DNA from: an uncultured delta proteobacterium
GTDB taxonomy: Bacteria; Myxococcota_A; Polyangia; Polyangiales; B10-G4
NCBI GenBank assembly: GCA_963727445.1
Contig: CAVSGI010000014.1
Coordinates: 96,001 to 160,000, forward strand
Direction: 5' to 3'
DNA length: 64,000 nt
In this document: positions 20,062 through 30,332 of the stretch, piece after piece
Layout: each line of letters begins with the position of its first letter
Numbering within the stretch: the first letter of the stretch is position 1
Notes under the pieces: model-generated
Told to the model about the DNA's origin: nothing
Seen by the model: only the letters and a program-made list of their open reading frames with translations
The model's database searches: none
Made by a program: the position numbers and the translations under genes

Positions 20062-20069
20062 CGCTGGGC

Positions 20070-20588
20070 CTACAGAAGCGCGAGGAGGCCCCCGGCGAGC
20101 GCCCCGAGCCAAACGACGGCGATGTGGAGCGCGAGCTCGTAGTCGAAGGGGCGCTTCGGCGCGGGGGGCGGCGTCGATATGTAGAAATACGCCGGGATAC
20201 CGGGCACCGAAGGATAGGCGTCGCTGTTGCGGGCGTAGCCCGCGAGCTTCGGAGGACAGGACTTGGCGACGAGATCGAAGTCGACGAGGGAGATGCCGTC
20301 GTCGTCGTAGTCCTCGTCCTCGACCGCGGGAGCTGGCGGGGCGAGCCTCGCCTTGTCGAGCTTCGCGGACTTCCTGCCAGGCTCGGCCTTTCGCCAGAGC
20401 GCCGCGGCGGGGATCGGAGGCGGAGCGGACGTCCGTCGCTTCGGCGGCGCGTCCGAGAGCTCTCGCAGCTCCTCGGTGAAGTCCGGAAGGTCGTCCGCGG
20501 TCGGGACGCGGCGAATGCCGCTCTCGTCGGGGTCGGACGCGTATGGAACAGGCGCGGAGGGCCGCTTCACTTCTTTCAAAGCACTCAT
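20070..20588 (-). CDS. Hypothetical Pro-rich protein with a C-terminal TM anchor
   Basis: C-terminal hydrophobic helix; upstream sigma54-type promoter. Confidence 0.6.
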   Translation of the reverse strand: MSALKEVKRPSAPVPYASDPDESGIRRVPTADDLPDFTEELRELSDAPPKRRTSAPPPIPAAALWRKAEPGRKSAKLDKARLAPPAPAVEDEDYDDDGISLVDFDLVAKSCPPKLAGYARNSDAYPSVPGIPAYFYISTPPPAPKRPFDYELALHIAVVWLGALAGGLLALL

Positions 20589-20623
20589 GGTTCGAATCCC
20601 CTGCTCTCTCTACAGCACACTCC

Positions 20624-20640
20624 AGCACGCCGTGTGCCAG
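20624..20640 (-). promoter_or_regulatory. Sigma54 -24/-12 promoter for the gene at 20070-20588
   Basis: Reverse strand reads CTGGCAC-ACGGC-GTGCT (GG-N10-GC). Confidence 0.65.
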
Positions 20641-20781
20641 GGGTTGATACGTCGGGGTGACAGAATTTTTCCCAGATCACTTAATTCAGGTGGCCGATCC
20701 GCCTTCCACTTCGGGTGGGGACAGCCGGCAAGGCGAGTAGCCACGTGGCGCGGATCGGGCGCCGTTCGGGGGTCCCGGACC

Positions 20782-20798
20782 TTGGCGTGACGATTGCT
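20782..20798 (+). promoter_or_regulatory. Sigma54 -24/-12 promoter for the gene at 20847-21116
   Basis: TTGGCGT-GACGA-TTGCT (GG-N10-GC). Confidence 0.65.
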
Positions 20799-20846
20799 CA
20801 GGGCCGCACTGCCCCGACGGGGCGCTTTCCTTCCGGAGCGACCATC

Positions 20847-21116
20847 ATGTCATCGCAGGACCCCAACGACATTCGCGTAGGCACTTTCGCCCTCTTCCAC
20901 CCCGACGCGATCAAGCGGATGCTGGATATCGGCATCGATCTGACCCTCGAGCACGACCGCTCGCTCTTCGATGCCTGTGCGATGCGGAACGTCGACCCGC
21001 GCTACTTCCTGATGGATGCCCTCGACGACGATCGCGAAGGGGCCCCGGGTCTCGACTGGGACGTGGTGCGGCCAGCGAAGGGTCGCTGGGAGCCCGCCGC
21101 CTTCCTCACCGTTTGA
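20847..21116 (+). CDS. Small protein resembling a degenerate ScdA_N/DUF542 domain
   Basis: GGAG RBS. VGTFALFHPDAIKRMLDIGID...RSLFDACAMRNVDP follows the ScdA_N pattern but lacks DFCCGG. Confidence 0.5.
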   Translation: MSSQDPNDIRVGTFALFHPDAIKRMLDIGIDLTLEHDRSLFDACAMRNVDPRYFLMDALDDDREGAPGLDWDVVRPAKGRWEPAAFLTV

Positions 21117-21711
21117 GCGGTCGCTCGAGCTCGTAGAGCACCACCTCGGAGTCCGCAGGTAGGAACACGCCACCACCCATGTTGACGAAGCGAGGCGCGA
21201 GGGCCTGCCGGTACCAATCGGCGGGCCTGAGGTGCACCTCGCCGTCGGTGCGCTCCTGGTCGCAGTTCTCCTCCCAATCCTCGCGGGTCAGCGCCTGGAG
21301 GTAGAGCAGGCCCCGGGTCAGACGGCTGAGATTCCCGATCGCCTTCTTCGCGTCGCGGGCACCGAGGTATTGCAGGACGCCCTGGCAGATGACGAGATTG
21401 GCGGGTCGTCCCGACCAGTCCACCACCGACCCGCGCCGCCAACCCAGCTCCCGGCAGAGGTGGGCGCTGAGCTCGACGCCCTGGTAGCGGAGCCCCTGAA
21501 AGTGGCTCTGCAAAGGCGCCTTCCAGGGCCCCAGACCGCAGCCGAGGTCGAGGGCGGTCCGAACGGGGATCTCCAGGTATTTCGCGTAGCTCGCCACGAA
21601 GCCGACCAGCCGCTCCATCTCCTCGGCCTCCGCCACCCGGCTGTCGGGATCCCGGTAGAAGCGGTCGTAATAGGCCTGGTCGAAGCGGGTTTTCGGAGCA
21701 CCCATGGCCAC
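21106..21711 (-). CDS. Class I SAM-dependent methyltransferase
   Basis: ALDLGCGLG motif I, GVELS, LVICQGVLQYL. Confidence 0.85.
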   Translation of the reverse strand: MAMGAPKTRFDQAYYDRFYRDPDSRVAEAEEMERLVGFVASYAKYLEIPVRTALDLGCGLGPWKAPLQSHFQGLRYQGVELSAHLCRELGWRRGSVVDWSGRPANLVICQGVLQYLGARDAKKAIGNLSRLTRGLLYLQALTREDWEENCDQERTDGEVHLRPADWYRQALAPRFVNMGGGVFLPADSEVVLYELERPLKR

Positions 21712-21779
21712 CCAAGATAGCCCAATCTCAGGCTGCCCCGAGGCCCCCGGAAATTGGCCGGGGCGCGGAGAATTGCTGC

Positions 21780-21807
21780 TTGACTTGGGGCCGACCCAAC
21801 GTAGGCT
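21780..21807 (+). promoter_or_regulatory. Sigma70-type promoter upstream of rplC
   Basis: TTGACT-N16-TAGGCT about 30 nt before the start codon. Confidence 0.45.
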
Positions 21808-21836
21808 TCGCTCCCTTTTCGCAGTAGGCGTTAATC

Positions 21837-22511
21837 ATGAATGAAAACCTCGGCCTCATCGGCAAGAAGCTCGGCTGTACGCAGATTTTCAACGACGACG
21901 GCAGCGTCACCAGCGTGACGGTGATCGAAGCGGGGCCGTGCGTCGTGCTCGGCAAGCGCACCGCAGACAAGCACGGGTACACCGCGCTGCAGCTCGGCTT
22001 CGGCGAGAAGCGCAAGAAGCTCGTGAGCAAGCCCGAAGCCGGCTTCTTCGACAAGCTGGGCCTCGACAAGGCGCCGCGGGTCGTTCGTGAGTTCCGCGTG
22101 CCGAGCGACATCGCCGACAAGTACGAGGTCGGTTCGACCATCAGCGTCGCGGACATCTTCACCGAGGGCGAGAAGGTCGACATCACCGGCACCAGCAAGG
22201 GACGCGGCTTCGCCGGCGTCATCAAGCGCCACAACTTCCACGGCGCGGGCTCGCTCGGTCACGGCACGCACGAGGCGAAGCGTCACGGTGGATCCATCGG
22301 TCAGAACATGACCCCCGGCCGCACATTCCCTGGCATGAAGATGGCCGGCCGTTACGGCGGCAAGCGCGCCACCATCATGAGCGTGAAGATCGCCAAGGTG
22401 ATGGCTGACGAAGGCCTGGTCCTCGTGGCGGGCGGCGTGCCCGGCCCGAAGAACGGTGTGGTCACCGTTCGCAACGCGGCCAAGGGCAAGCGCGCCGCGG
22501 TCGAGGCCTGA
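21837..22511 (+). CDS. rplC: 50S ribosomal protein L3
   Basis: [59 protein letters not shown]. Confidence 0.97.
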   Translation: MNENLGLIGKKLGCTQIFNDDGSVTSVTVIEAGPCVVLGKRTADKHGYTALQLGFGEKRKKLVSKPEAGFFDKLGLDKAPRVVREFRVPSDIADKYEVGSTISVADIFTEGEKVDITGTSKGRGFAGVIKRHNFHGAGSLGHGTHEAKRHGGSIGQNMTPGRTFPGMKMAGRYGGKRATIMSVKIAKVMADEGLVLVAGGVPGPKNGVVTVRNAAKGKRAAVEA

Positions 22512-22518
22512 GGCCGAG

Positions 22519-23112
22519 GTGGCCAAGCGGCGCCGGCCGCAGGATCGTTTCGGCAAGCAAGCACGCCGCGACGGTTATCCGGCGCGCTCCGTCTACAAGC
22601 TCGAGGAGATCGACAAGAAGGTCCGTCTCTTGTCGAAGGGTCAGCGCGTGCTCGACCTCGGCGCTTACCCCGGCTCGTGGACGATGTACGCCGCCGAGCG
22701 CGTCGGTCCGAAAGGCCGCGTGCTGGGCTTCGACCTGACGAAGTTCGAGGGAGTGCTTCCGCCGCAGGCGGAGATCCGCCAGGGCGACGCCTTCGCCATC
22801 AGCCTCGACGAGCTGGACGAGGAGCCCTTCGACCTGGTGATCAGCGACATGGCCCCCAAGACCAGCGGCCAGAAGAGCGCCGACCAGTACCGGAGCTTCG
22901 AGCTCGCCATGCGCGCCCTCGAGCTCGCCGAGAAGGTCCTCAAGCCCGGTGGCGGCTTCGTCGCCAAGATCTTCCAGGGCGGCGACTTCCCGGAAGCGAA
23001 GAAGCGCGTCAAGGACGCCTTCGACCAGGTGAAGATCGTCAAACCCCAGGCCGTCCGCTCGGAGAGCTACGAGGTGTTCCTGGTGGGGCTCGGGCGCAAG
23101 ACAGCCGGGTAA
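22519..23112 (+). CDS. rlmE: 23S rRNA Um2552 methyltransferase RlmE/FtsJ
   Basis: GYPARSVYKLEEI, LDLGAYPGSW, VISDMAP, FVAKIFQG, KPQAVRSESYEVF. Confidence 0.93.
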   Translation: MAKRRRPQDRFGKQARRDGYPARSVYKLEEIDKKVRLLSKGQRVLDLGAYPGSWTMYAAERVGPKGRVLGFDLTKFEGVLPPQAEIRQGDAFAISLDELDEEPFDLVISDMAPKTSGQKSADQYRSFELAMRALELAEKVLKPGGGFVAKIFQGGDFPEAKKRVKDAFDQVKIVKPQAVRSESYEVFLVGLGRKTAG

Positions 23113-24142
23113 CTACTGCGCCCGGCGCGCGGCCTCGATCCGCTCTCTGGCGCGCGCGGCCATCGGGCCGCCCGGCTCGAGGGCGAGGTAGCGGCGGTAG
23201 TGGCGGATGGCTTCGGCGAATTCTCCGTCGCCGGCGAGCATGTTGCCGAGGAGATAGTGGGCGGTGGCGTAGCGGGGCTCGCGCTCGATGATCTCGCGCA
23301 GGGTGCTCTTCGCGGCGTCGCGGTCGCCGGCGGCGCGCTGCGCGAGGGCGAGCTCGCTGGAGAGCGCGGCGGTGGGGCCGCCGTTCGCCTCGATCGCCAT
23401 GGTGAGCGCGCGGACCGCCGCCTCGGCCTCCCCGACACGCCTCAGGCCGTTGCCCGCCGCCGAGAGCGCAGCGGCGTTGCCGCGCGCGAGGGGAAGTCCG
23501 CGCCGCAGCTCGATAGCCGCGTTGTGCGCGTCGCCCGCCTTGATCAGCGCCAGTCCGAAGTTGATGCGGGTCATCGGATCGCGCGGCGCCTCTCGCACCG
23601 CATCTCGGTAGACCTCGATCGCCTCGCGCAAGCGGTCCGCCTCCTCGAGGGCGAGCGCCAGGTTCACGTAGGCGGAGGCGAAGTCCCGCCGCGCTTCGAT
23701 CGCACGACGCAGCTGCTCGATGGCCTCGTCGGTTCGGCCCTCACTCCTGAGCAGGAGGCCGAGGTTGTTGAGCGCCTCCGGGAAGCGCGGGTCGATCGCG
23801 AGCGCGCGACGATAGCTCTCCTCGGCCGGGCGCGGATGATCCTGAAGCTCGTGTGCGAGGCCGAGGTCGAGCAGCGCCCGAACGTCCTCGGGGGACTCTT
23901 CGAGCGCTCCCTCGAGCACCGCCTGTGCTTCGGCCGCCTTTCCTTCGGCGAGCAGCTGCTCGGCTTCCTGTACCGCCGGGGTGGCCTCGGGAGCGCTCTG
24001 CGCCGCCTCGTGCGCCGCCGCCTCGTCCGGGAACGTCACGTCCTCGCCACCGCTCGATTCGATCGCCCTCGGCCTCTTCGGCCCCTGGCGGGCATGCCGC
24101 CAGCAGCGCCGCCAGGACGAGCGCCGAGATCCCCCGCCTCAT
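23113..24142 (-). CDS. TPR-repeat lipoprotein; frameshift near 24050
   Basis: MRRGISALVLAALLAAC in one frame, then multiple TPR units (EALNNLGLLL, AYVNLALAL) in the 23113-24039 frame. Confidence 0.8.
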
Positions 24143-24147
24143 GCCGT

Positions 24148-26829
24148 TCACTCCTCTTCGAACCTCTGATGGAACGCGTCGATGGCGTCCTCGACCAAGC
24201 GCCTGAGGCCCTCGAGCCGCGCCGGCTCGCGGATCTTCTCGCCGCCTTCCTGGACGTAGAAGACGTCGGTCGCCCGCGCTCCCTCGGTGCCGATCTTGGA
24301 AAAGGCGATCGAGAGCCCCGCCTCGTGAATCGTCTCCGCGATCTCGTGCAAGAGGCCGATCCGATCGCGCGTGAAGACGTCCACCACCGTGAAGCGCGGC
24401 GAGATGGCGTTGTCGACGATCACCTCGGTGGGAACCTCCGGCACCTTGCGCTCCGCCCACCACGGCGTGCGCCGAATCTGTCCCATCAGCTCCGAGGTGC
24501 TCACCGCGCCCCCGATCACCTGCCGCAGATCCGCCGCGACCGCCGCGGCCACCGCGTCATCGACCCGATGACCGCGTTCACCGTGCCGCCGCACGTAGAA
24601 GATGTCGAAGGCCTCGGCGCCACCACCCTCGTGGAGGCGAGTGTAGATCTCGGCGGAGACGATGCTCAGCCGATGGCTCGCGAGGACCGCGGTGACCGCC
24701 GCCAGGAGCCCTTCCTGGTCGTCCGCCATCACCAACAGCTCCGCCAGGTCCTCGCTCGGCCCCGGCCCGGTGACCACGTGCACGGACTTGTCGCCACGCT
24801 GGCGCGCCGCCCGGGCGTGAGCGGCGATGGAGGCAGGGGCGGAGCCGAGGATGTAACGGTCCGGCATCTCGGCGAGGAACTGGGTGAGCGCGAGCGCCAC
24901 CCCGTCCTTGTAATCGCGCAGCACCTCGGCGCGGATGTCCGCCGCGCGCGCCGAGCCTTGCGCTTCGCCGTCCAGCGCCGCGGCGACCGCCAGATAGAGG
25001 TCCTCGAGCATCCGCGCCTTCCAGGAGGTCATCGCGGTGGGGTTGGTGGTGGAGACGTCGGCGATGGTCAGCAGATAGAGATCGCGGAGACGCTCCACGC
25101 TGCGCACCGTCTTGGCCACCTCGGCGATGGTCTCCGGATCGCTGGTGTCGCGACGCGTCGCCCACTTGTAGAGGCTCAGGTGCTCACGGACGAGCCACTC
25201 GACGTGGTCGACATCGACGCTCGACAGCCCCAGGCGCTCGGCGATGGGGCGAGCCATCTCGGCGCCCTTCTGGGAGTGATCGTTTCCGCGCGCCTTGCCG
25301 ATGTCGTGCAGGAGAAGCCCCAGGAAGAGCGGCTCCTTTCGCGGCGCCTCGCCGGCGAGCCGCGTCGCGCGCGGCAGTTCCTTGCGGAGGTCGCCACGCA
25401 CCAGCGCATGCAGCCGATCCACCGCGCGCACCGAGTGAACGTCCACGGTGTAGACGTGATAGACGTCGTGCTGCACGCGTCCCATGAGCGGCTCGAACTC
25501 CGGGATCATCGCGGTCATCAGCCCCACCTCGTGAAGCTCCGAGAAGATGCTTCGACGCATGCCGGCGATGGGGTCGATGGTGCGCGTGAGCAAGCGGCGG
25601 AAGAGCGCCTGTGCTTCCTCCGACGCGCGAAGCGCCTCGCACCACTCCGGGTGGGCGGTCGCGTTGGCGATGGCGTCTCGCGCAAACGGATAGGGCGGGA
25701 GGTGGAGCTCGCTGACGCGCTCGTAGAGCCGCAGCGCGAGAGCGGGATCGTCGACGAGCGCCGAGCTGTCGCTGAGCGTGATGTGGTCGTCGAAGCGCTG
25801 CGTGCCGTCGCCGAGATCCACGGGCGTCTTGGGACGCGACTTCTTGTAGGGGCGCGCCCGCGCGATCACCCGCTCCGCCGTCTGCGCGACCAGCCGCGCG
25901 TGGCGGTAGTACGCCTGCATGAACTGTTCGACGCCGAGGGTCACGCCGTCGACGAAGCCCAGCTGCTCGGCGACGTCCTCCTGGTCGGCGAAGGTGAGCC
26001 GGTCCTGGCGCCGTCCGGCGCGGAGATGGAGGAGGTTTCGCACCTTCCACAGGAACTCGCGCGCGGCCTCGAAGCCCTCCGCCTCACGGGCGAGGAGCGC
26101 GCCCGTACGCACGTAGTTTTCCGCTCCGCGCGTATTCCAGCGCGCGCCCATGGCCCACTCCGCGACGTCCATGTCGCGCAGGCCGCCCCGGCCCAGCTTC
26201 ACCTCGGGCTCGAGGAGATAGAGCGAGTCGCCGAAGCGCTCGTGGCGGCGCGTGGTGTCCTCGGCGAGCATGTCGAGGAACTGGGCGAGGCGCGGCTCGA
26301 AGATGCGGCGTCGCGCACCCTTGTGGAGCTCTTGGACGATGGCTTGATCGCCCGCGACGCGGCGCAGATCGAGCAGCGTGGTGGCCGTGCGGATGTCCTC
26401 GCGCGCGAGGGTGAGAGTGTCCTCGACGCTCCGCACCGCGTGACCGATCTGCACGCCCAGATCCCAGAGAGGATAGAGCAGCCCCTCCGCGATGGAGCGC
26501 ACGCGCTCGTCGCCGTCGTCGTCGCAGAGGAAGAGGACGTCGATGTCGCTCTCGACCCCCACCACACCGCGGCCGTAGCCGCCGACGGCGACCAGCGCGA
26601 AGCGGCCGTCCTCACCAGCGCTCGCCGCCTCGCATGCGCAGCAGAGCGCGGACAGGAGCCCGTCGAGGCTCTTGGCGTTCTTGCGGGCCACTTCGACCCC
26701 GCCGTCCCCTCGCCGCACGGCGTCCTCGATGCGCGCCCGATACTGGGAGAGATAGTCCCCACAGGTGCTCTCGAGGGCCGGAGCGAGGCGCGCGAGCTCG
26801 ATGGGAGACGACGGGGCGGGCTCCGGCAT
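24148..26829 (-). CDS. glnD: [Protein-PII] uridylyltransferase
   Basis: AVGGYGRG..SDIDVL, LEPEVKLGRGGLRD, HVYTVDVHS, LLHDIGK (HD domain), two ACT domains. Confidence 0.95.
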   Translation of the reverse strand: MPEPAPSSPIELARLAPALESTCGDYLSQYRARIEDAVRRGDGGVEVARKNAKSLDGLLSALCCACEAASAGEDGRFALVAVGGYGRGVVGVESDIDVLFLCDDDGDERVRSIAEGLLYPLWDLGVQIGHAVRSVEDTLTLAREDIRTATTLLDLRRVAGDQAIVQELHKGARRRIFEPRLAQFLDMLAEDTTRRHERFGDSLYLLEPEVKLGRGGLRDMDVAEWAMGARWNTRGAENYVRTGALLAREAEGFEAAREFLWKVRNLLHLRAGRRQDRLTFADQEDVAEQLGFVDGVTLGVEQFMQAYYRHARLVAQTAERVIARARPYKKSRPKTPVDLGDGTQRFDDHITLSDSSALVDDPALALRLYERVSELHLPPYPFARDAIANATAHPEWCEALRASEEAQALFRRLLTRTIDPIAGMRRSIFSELHEVGLMTAMIPEFEPLMGRVQHDVYHVYTVDVHSVRAVDRLHALVRGDLRKELPRATRLAGEAPRKEPLFLGLLLHDIGKARGNDHSQKGAEMARPIAERLGLSSVDVDHVEWLVREHLSLYKWATRRDTSDPETIAEVAKTVRSVERLRDLYLLTIADVSTTNPTAMTSWKARMLEDLYLAVAAALDGEAQGSARAADIRAEVLRDYKDGVALALTQFLAEMPDRYILGSAPASIAAHARAARQRGDKSVHVVTGPGPSEDLAELLVMADDQEGLLAAVTAVLASHRLSIVSAEIYTRLHEGGGAEAFDIFYVRRHGERGHRVDDAVAAAVAADLRQVIGGAVSTSELMGQIRRTPWWAERKVPEVPTEVIVDNAISPRFTVVDVFTRDRIGLLHEIAETIHEAGLSIAFSKIGTEGARATDVFYVQEGGEKIREPARLEGLRRLVEDAIDAFHQRFEEE

Positions 26830-26925
26830 GACGGCGGAGTATGGGTCGGGGTCGGAGGGGCCGCAAGGTGCGGGAAGGCTCCGTAAGGTCGAAGAAAATC
26901 GGCGCGAGCCGGGGTCCGTGACGCC

Positions 26926-28669
26926 TCAGGGCGCCCCGGGTGGCGGCCCCTCTCCGTGAGCGTAGCGAGCGATCCCTTCGGCGATGCCCTCGCTCAGCGC
27001 CTGACGATAGGCCTCGGTCGCGAGGGCGTGGTTCTCCTCCTCCTGATTGAGGAAGGAAGCCTCGACCAGAACCGCGGGCATGCGGGCGCCGACAAGCACG
27101 TAGAACATCGCGCTCTTCACCCCGCGGTCGGGGAGCTCGGGCAGGATGGTGCGCCCCCCGATCAAGGTGCCGCGCTGCACCAGGGCGGCGAGGGTTCGCG
27201 ACTCGGCGCTCTGCCCGGCGCGATGGAGATCCGCGAGGGTGTGGGCGAGCTCGCTCACCTGGCCGGAGGTGGTGTTGTTCTCGCGCGCGGCGAGGCGGAG
27301 CGCCTGCCGGTCGTTGGTGGTGTCGAGGACGAAGGTGGCGACGCCCCCGCGTTCCACGTCGTCGTCGGCAGCGTTGAGGTGAATCGACACGAAGAGGTCC
27401 GCCTGCACCGCGTTGGCGAAGGCGACGCGCTCTTCGAGGGATACGATCTCGTCGCGCTCACGGGTGAGGAGCACCCGCGCTCCGGGAAGCCGGCGACGGA
27501 GCGCAGCCAGAACGCGTCGCGACATGTCGAGGGTCAGGATCGACTCCTTGAGGCCGCCGTGACGCGCGCCGAACTCGTCCCCACCATGACCGGGATCGAG
27601 GACGATGACGCTGGCCCGGCGCGGCCCACCCTCGATCATCGCTGGCCCGCTCGTTCGGTCGAAGTCGACCACCACGCGATACGGATCGGGCAGCACGAAG
27701 AGGCGGTGCCGGGGCGTCCCGTCGAGATCGAAGACCACTCGAGTCACGCCCGGCTCGAAGGGTGAGGCGCGGACGCGGGTCACGCCGCCGCCTTCCACCG
27801 TCAGCGCCCGGGGCACGTCCGAGCCCATCTGGGTGTCCGCGAAATCGAGGAAGAGCCGATGGGGGAGCGGCCCTTCGGCGTCGAGCTCACCGCGCCGGAA
27901 GACCGCGACTCCGTCGAAGCGCAGCACCGCACGCACCACGTCGGAGCCCGCCTCGCCGTCCGCCGCGCCGCCGTAGACCGCGATGTTGCTGAGCGTCGCC
28001 GTGCCCTCGCCATGCGCCTCGGCCCAGCGATCGACCTGCGCCTCGGGCGAGTCCGGGCTCGCTTCGGGACGCGCGACCAGAATCGACGCTCGGATCGTCG
28101 GCGTCGGGATCGGCGTCGATGGCGGCGAGACGCGCCGGCGATGGACGATGGTGGTCCAGGGTGGCGGTGATGCGGCGCGCCTCGGCGACGCAGTCAGCGT
28201 GCGAGTCGGCGTCGAAACGGCGCGCCGTCCGGTAGGCGACCACGAACGCTTCGGTGGGCTCGTCGCGGTCGCGCGCATCGAGACGCGCGAGCTCGAGCGC
28301 GGCGGTGCACGCGCCCTCGAGCGCCTTGCGGCGCGAGGCCTCTCGCAAGTGCTCCCTCGCGTGATCGAGGTGGGCCTCCTCGTGCTCGGGATCCCTCAAC
28401 GCCAACACGCGCGCGAGCTCCGCGGCCGACCGCGACTCGGCCACCCCATCCACGGTCCCCTCGTCCTCGGCGGCCTGGGCGGCCAGCGCCCGGTAACGCG
28501 CCTCGAGGTCGTCGAGGCTCATGGTCATCGACTCCTCGGGAGTCGGCACCTGGACGCTCGCCAGGCCCGGATCCGGCCCTTCGGGCTCGGTGCCGGCGTC
28601 CTCTTCACCGCCGCAGGCGGTCAGCAGGATCGCCAGGACGCACGACGCGCAAAAGCTGGTAGGATGCAC
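26926..28669 (-). CDS. Lipoprotein N-acetylmuramoyl-L-alanine amidase with AMIN-like domain; frameshift near 28080
   Basis: Lipobox LTAC, IVLDPGHGG, LTRERD..SLEER, FVSIHLNA, MPAVLVEASFL. Confidence 0.88.
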
Positions 28670-28692
28670 AACTCTTCTCGGAGGGAGGGGAT

Positions 28693-29151
28693 GTGAGCGA
28701 AAACCCCATCTACCAGGACCGCCAGACGGGCAAGGTCTATCGCGACGCTCAGGAGATGGTCAACGACTACATCCGACGCTTCGGCGAGGCCGTCGGTGTG
28801 GGCATGGAGCCGTTGGACGAGGACGGATACACCGACGTCCGCCGGGGCTCCGCGACCGTCGGGATCAACGTGCTCACCGAGCACGGGATCCTTCTCTTTC
28901 TGTCGCGCATCATGGACGTGCCCGCCGAGGACAAAGAGTCCTTCTACCGCCGGCTCCTCGAGCTGAACTTCCTGGTCACCAGCGACGGCGCATTCGCCAT
29001 CGACAAGGACCGCAACGCCGTCTACCTGCGGGGCCTCCGGCGTTTGTCCGGGCTCGACTACGAGGAGTTCGAGGATCTTCTCCACACCATCGCCACCGTC
29101 GCGGACGAGTGGGACGATCGCCTCGCCGAGCTCTTTCCAGCCAAGGGTTAG
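28693..29151 (+). CDS. CesT/YbjN-type (type III secretion chaperone-like) domain protein
   Basis: FYRRLLELNFL..GAFAID...; acidic, about 150 aa. Confidence 0.7.
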   Translation: MSENPIYQDRQTGKVYRDAQEMVNDYIRRFGEAVGVGMEPLDEDGYTDVRRGSATVGINVLTEHGILLFLSRIMDVPAEDKESFYRRLLELNFLVTSDGAFAIDKDRNAVYLRGLRRLSGLDYEEFEDLLHTIATVADEWDDRLAELFPAKG

Positions 29152-29262
29152 GCAGGCGTCGCTGTCCCACATCCCACTGCACGCACCGCCCGTGTGGGAC
29201 CCCCCGTCGAGCCAGGCTGGCCCGTGGGCGGGCCCAGTGATACCTTTTGCAAGAGCTCCTAG

Positions 29263-30312
29263 ATGACCGCCAGCGCCCAATCGAAGCGCGCCGACGAGGC
29301 CAACGAGGAAAACGACACCTCCACCGATGGTGAGGGGGAGTGGGGCGAGGGGCGTCTGTCCATCGACGACGCCGACCGCTTCGCCGCCCAGTTCCGCCCG
29401 AGCTGGGAGTCCATGGACGACGCAGGTGGGGGCTGGGGAGCCGGACCGGCCGAGACCCCGGCCGCGGCGGACGCGCCAGCCGCCGAGGCGCCGGCCGCTG
29501 CCGCTGCCCCCGAGCCGGCGTCGCCAGCGCCGGAGCCCCCGAAAGCCGAAAAGAAGCCCGTGGGGGAAGAGCCCTCCATCGTCGTCGCGGACGAGCTGAC
29601 CGCCGCCGCGACGGCGGCCGCCGCCCCCGTCCCGCCGAAGCCCAAGCCCAAGCCGAAGCCCAAGGTGACCAACCCGTCGGCCTTCGACGCGGTGCCCGAC
29701 CCGGTGCAAATCCCGTCGGGGGGAAATCGCAACATGCTCTTCGCCGCCGGCGGCGCGGTCGTGCTGCTCGTCGTGGTGATCGGCGCGGTGATGGCGAGCG
29801 GAGGCGATCCCGAGCCGCCGGCCACGGCGGCCGCCGCTCCGGAGACGAGCGCCGCGGAAGAGGCCGCGCAAGCGTCGGCCGAGCCTGCCGCGAGCGCCAG
29901 CGCCGCGGCCGCGACGAGCGCGCCCGCAGAAGAAGCAGAGGCGCCGAGCGAGATCGCGATCGCGATTCGCACCGAGCCCGCGGACGCCCAGCTCACCCTC
30001 GACGGTCGCCGGGTCGAAAATCCCTACCAGGCATCGGCCTTGCCGAGCGGCACGCACATCGTGCTGGCGACGGCGGAGGGCTTCGAGGGTCGGCGCGAGG
30101 AAGTGCGCTTCGACGGCGACGTCGAGCTCACGCTCAGCCTCGAAGCCCTTTCGCCCGAGCCTGAGCCGGCCCCTGTCGCCGCGGCGACCCCGCGCCCATC
30201 GCCCATGCGCGCTCCGCGGATGACCGTGCGGAGACGACCGCCGATGCGCCGCGCCGCGGCCATGTCCAGCGGCCGAATGACCGCCGGTTTCTCCACCGCC
30301 AATCCCTACTAG
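29263..30312 (+). CDS. Single-TM PEGA-domain protein with a C-terminal NPY motif
   Basis: Pro/Ala-rich, one [24 protein letters not shown]-like domain, ends GFSTANPY. Confidence 0.7.
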   Translation: MTASAQSKRADEANEENDTSTDGEGEWGEGRLSIDDADRFAAQFRPSWESMDDAGGGWGAGPAETPAAADAPAAEAPAAAAAPEPASPAPEPPKAEKKPVGEEPSIVVADELTAAATAAAAPVPPKPKPKPKPKVTNPSAFDAVPDPVQIPSGGNRNMLFAAGGAVVLLVVVIGAVMASGGDPEPPATAAAAPETSAAEEAAQASAEPAASASAAAATSAPAEEAEAPSEIAIAIRTEPADAQLTLDGRRVENPYQASALPSGTHIVLATAEGFEGRREEVRFDGDVELTLSLEALSPEPEPAPVAAATPRPSPMRAPRMTVRRRPPMRRAAAMSSGRMTAGFSTANPY

Positions 30313-30332
30313 GCTGCGGTACCGTTCGCGCC

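Noticed and set aside
20589..20610. GGTTCGAATCCC resembles a tRNA T-arm or att-site remnant
   Set aside because: There is no acceptor stem, D arm or anticodon arm and no integrase nearby. It coincides with the RBS and start of the minus-strand gene.
23200..26886. 1228-aa plus-strand ORF, and similar long shadow ORFs (34027-37254, 18775-20628, 53237-54799)
   Set aside because: They are antisense or off-frame shadows of glnD and other genes in high-GC DNA. Only a middle part of 34027-37254 is real coding (the oxidoreductase).
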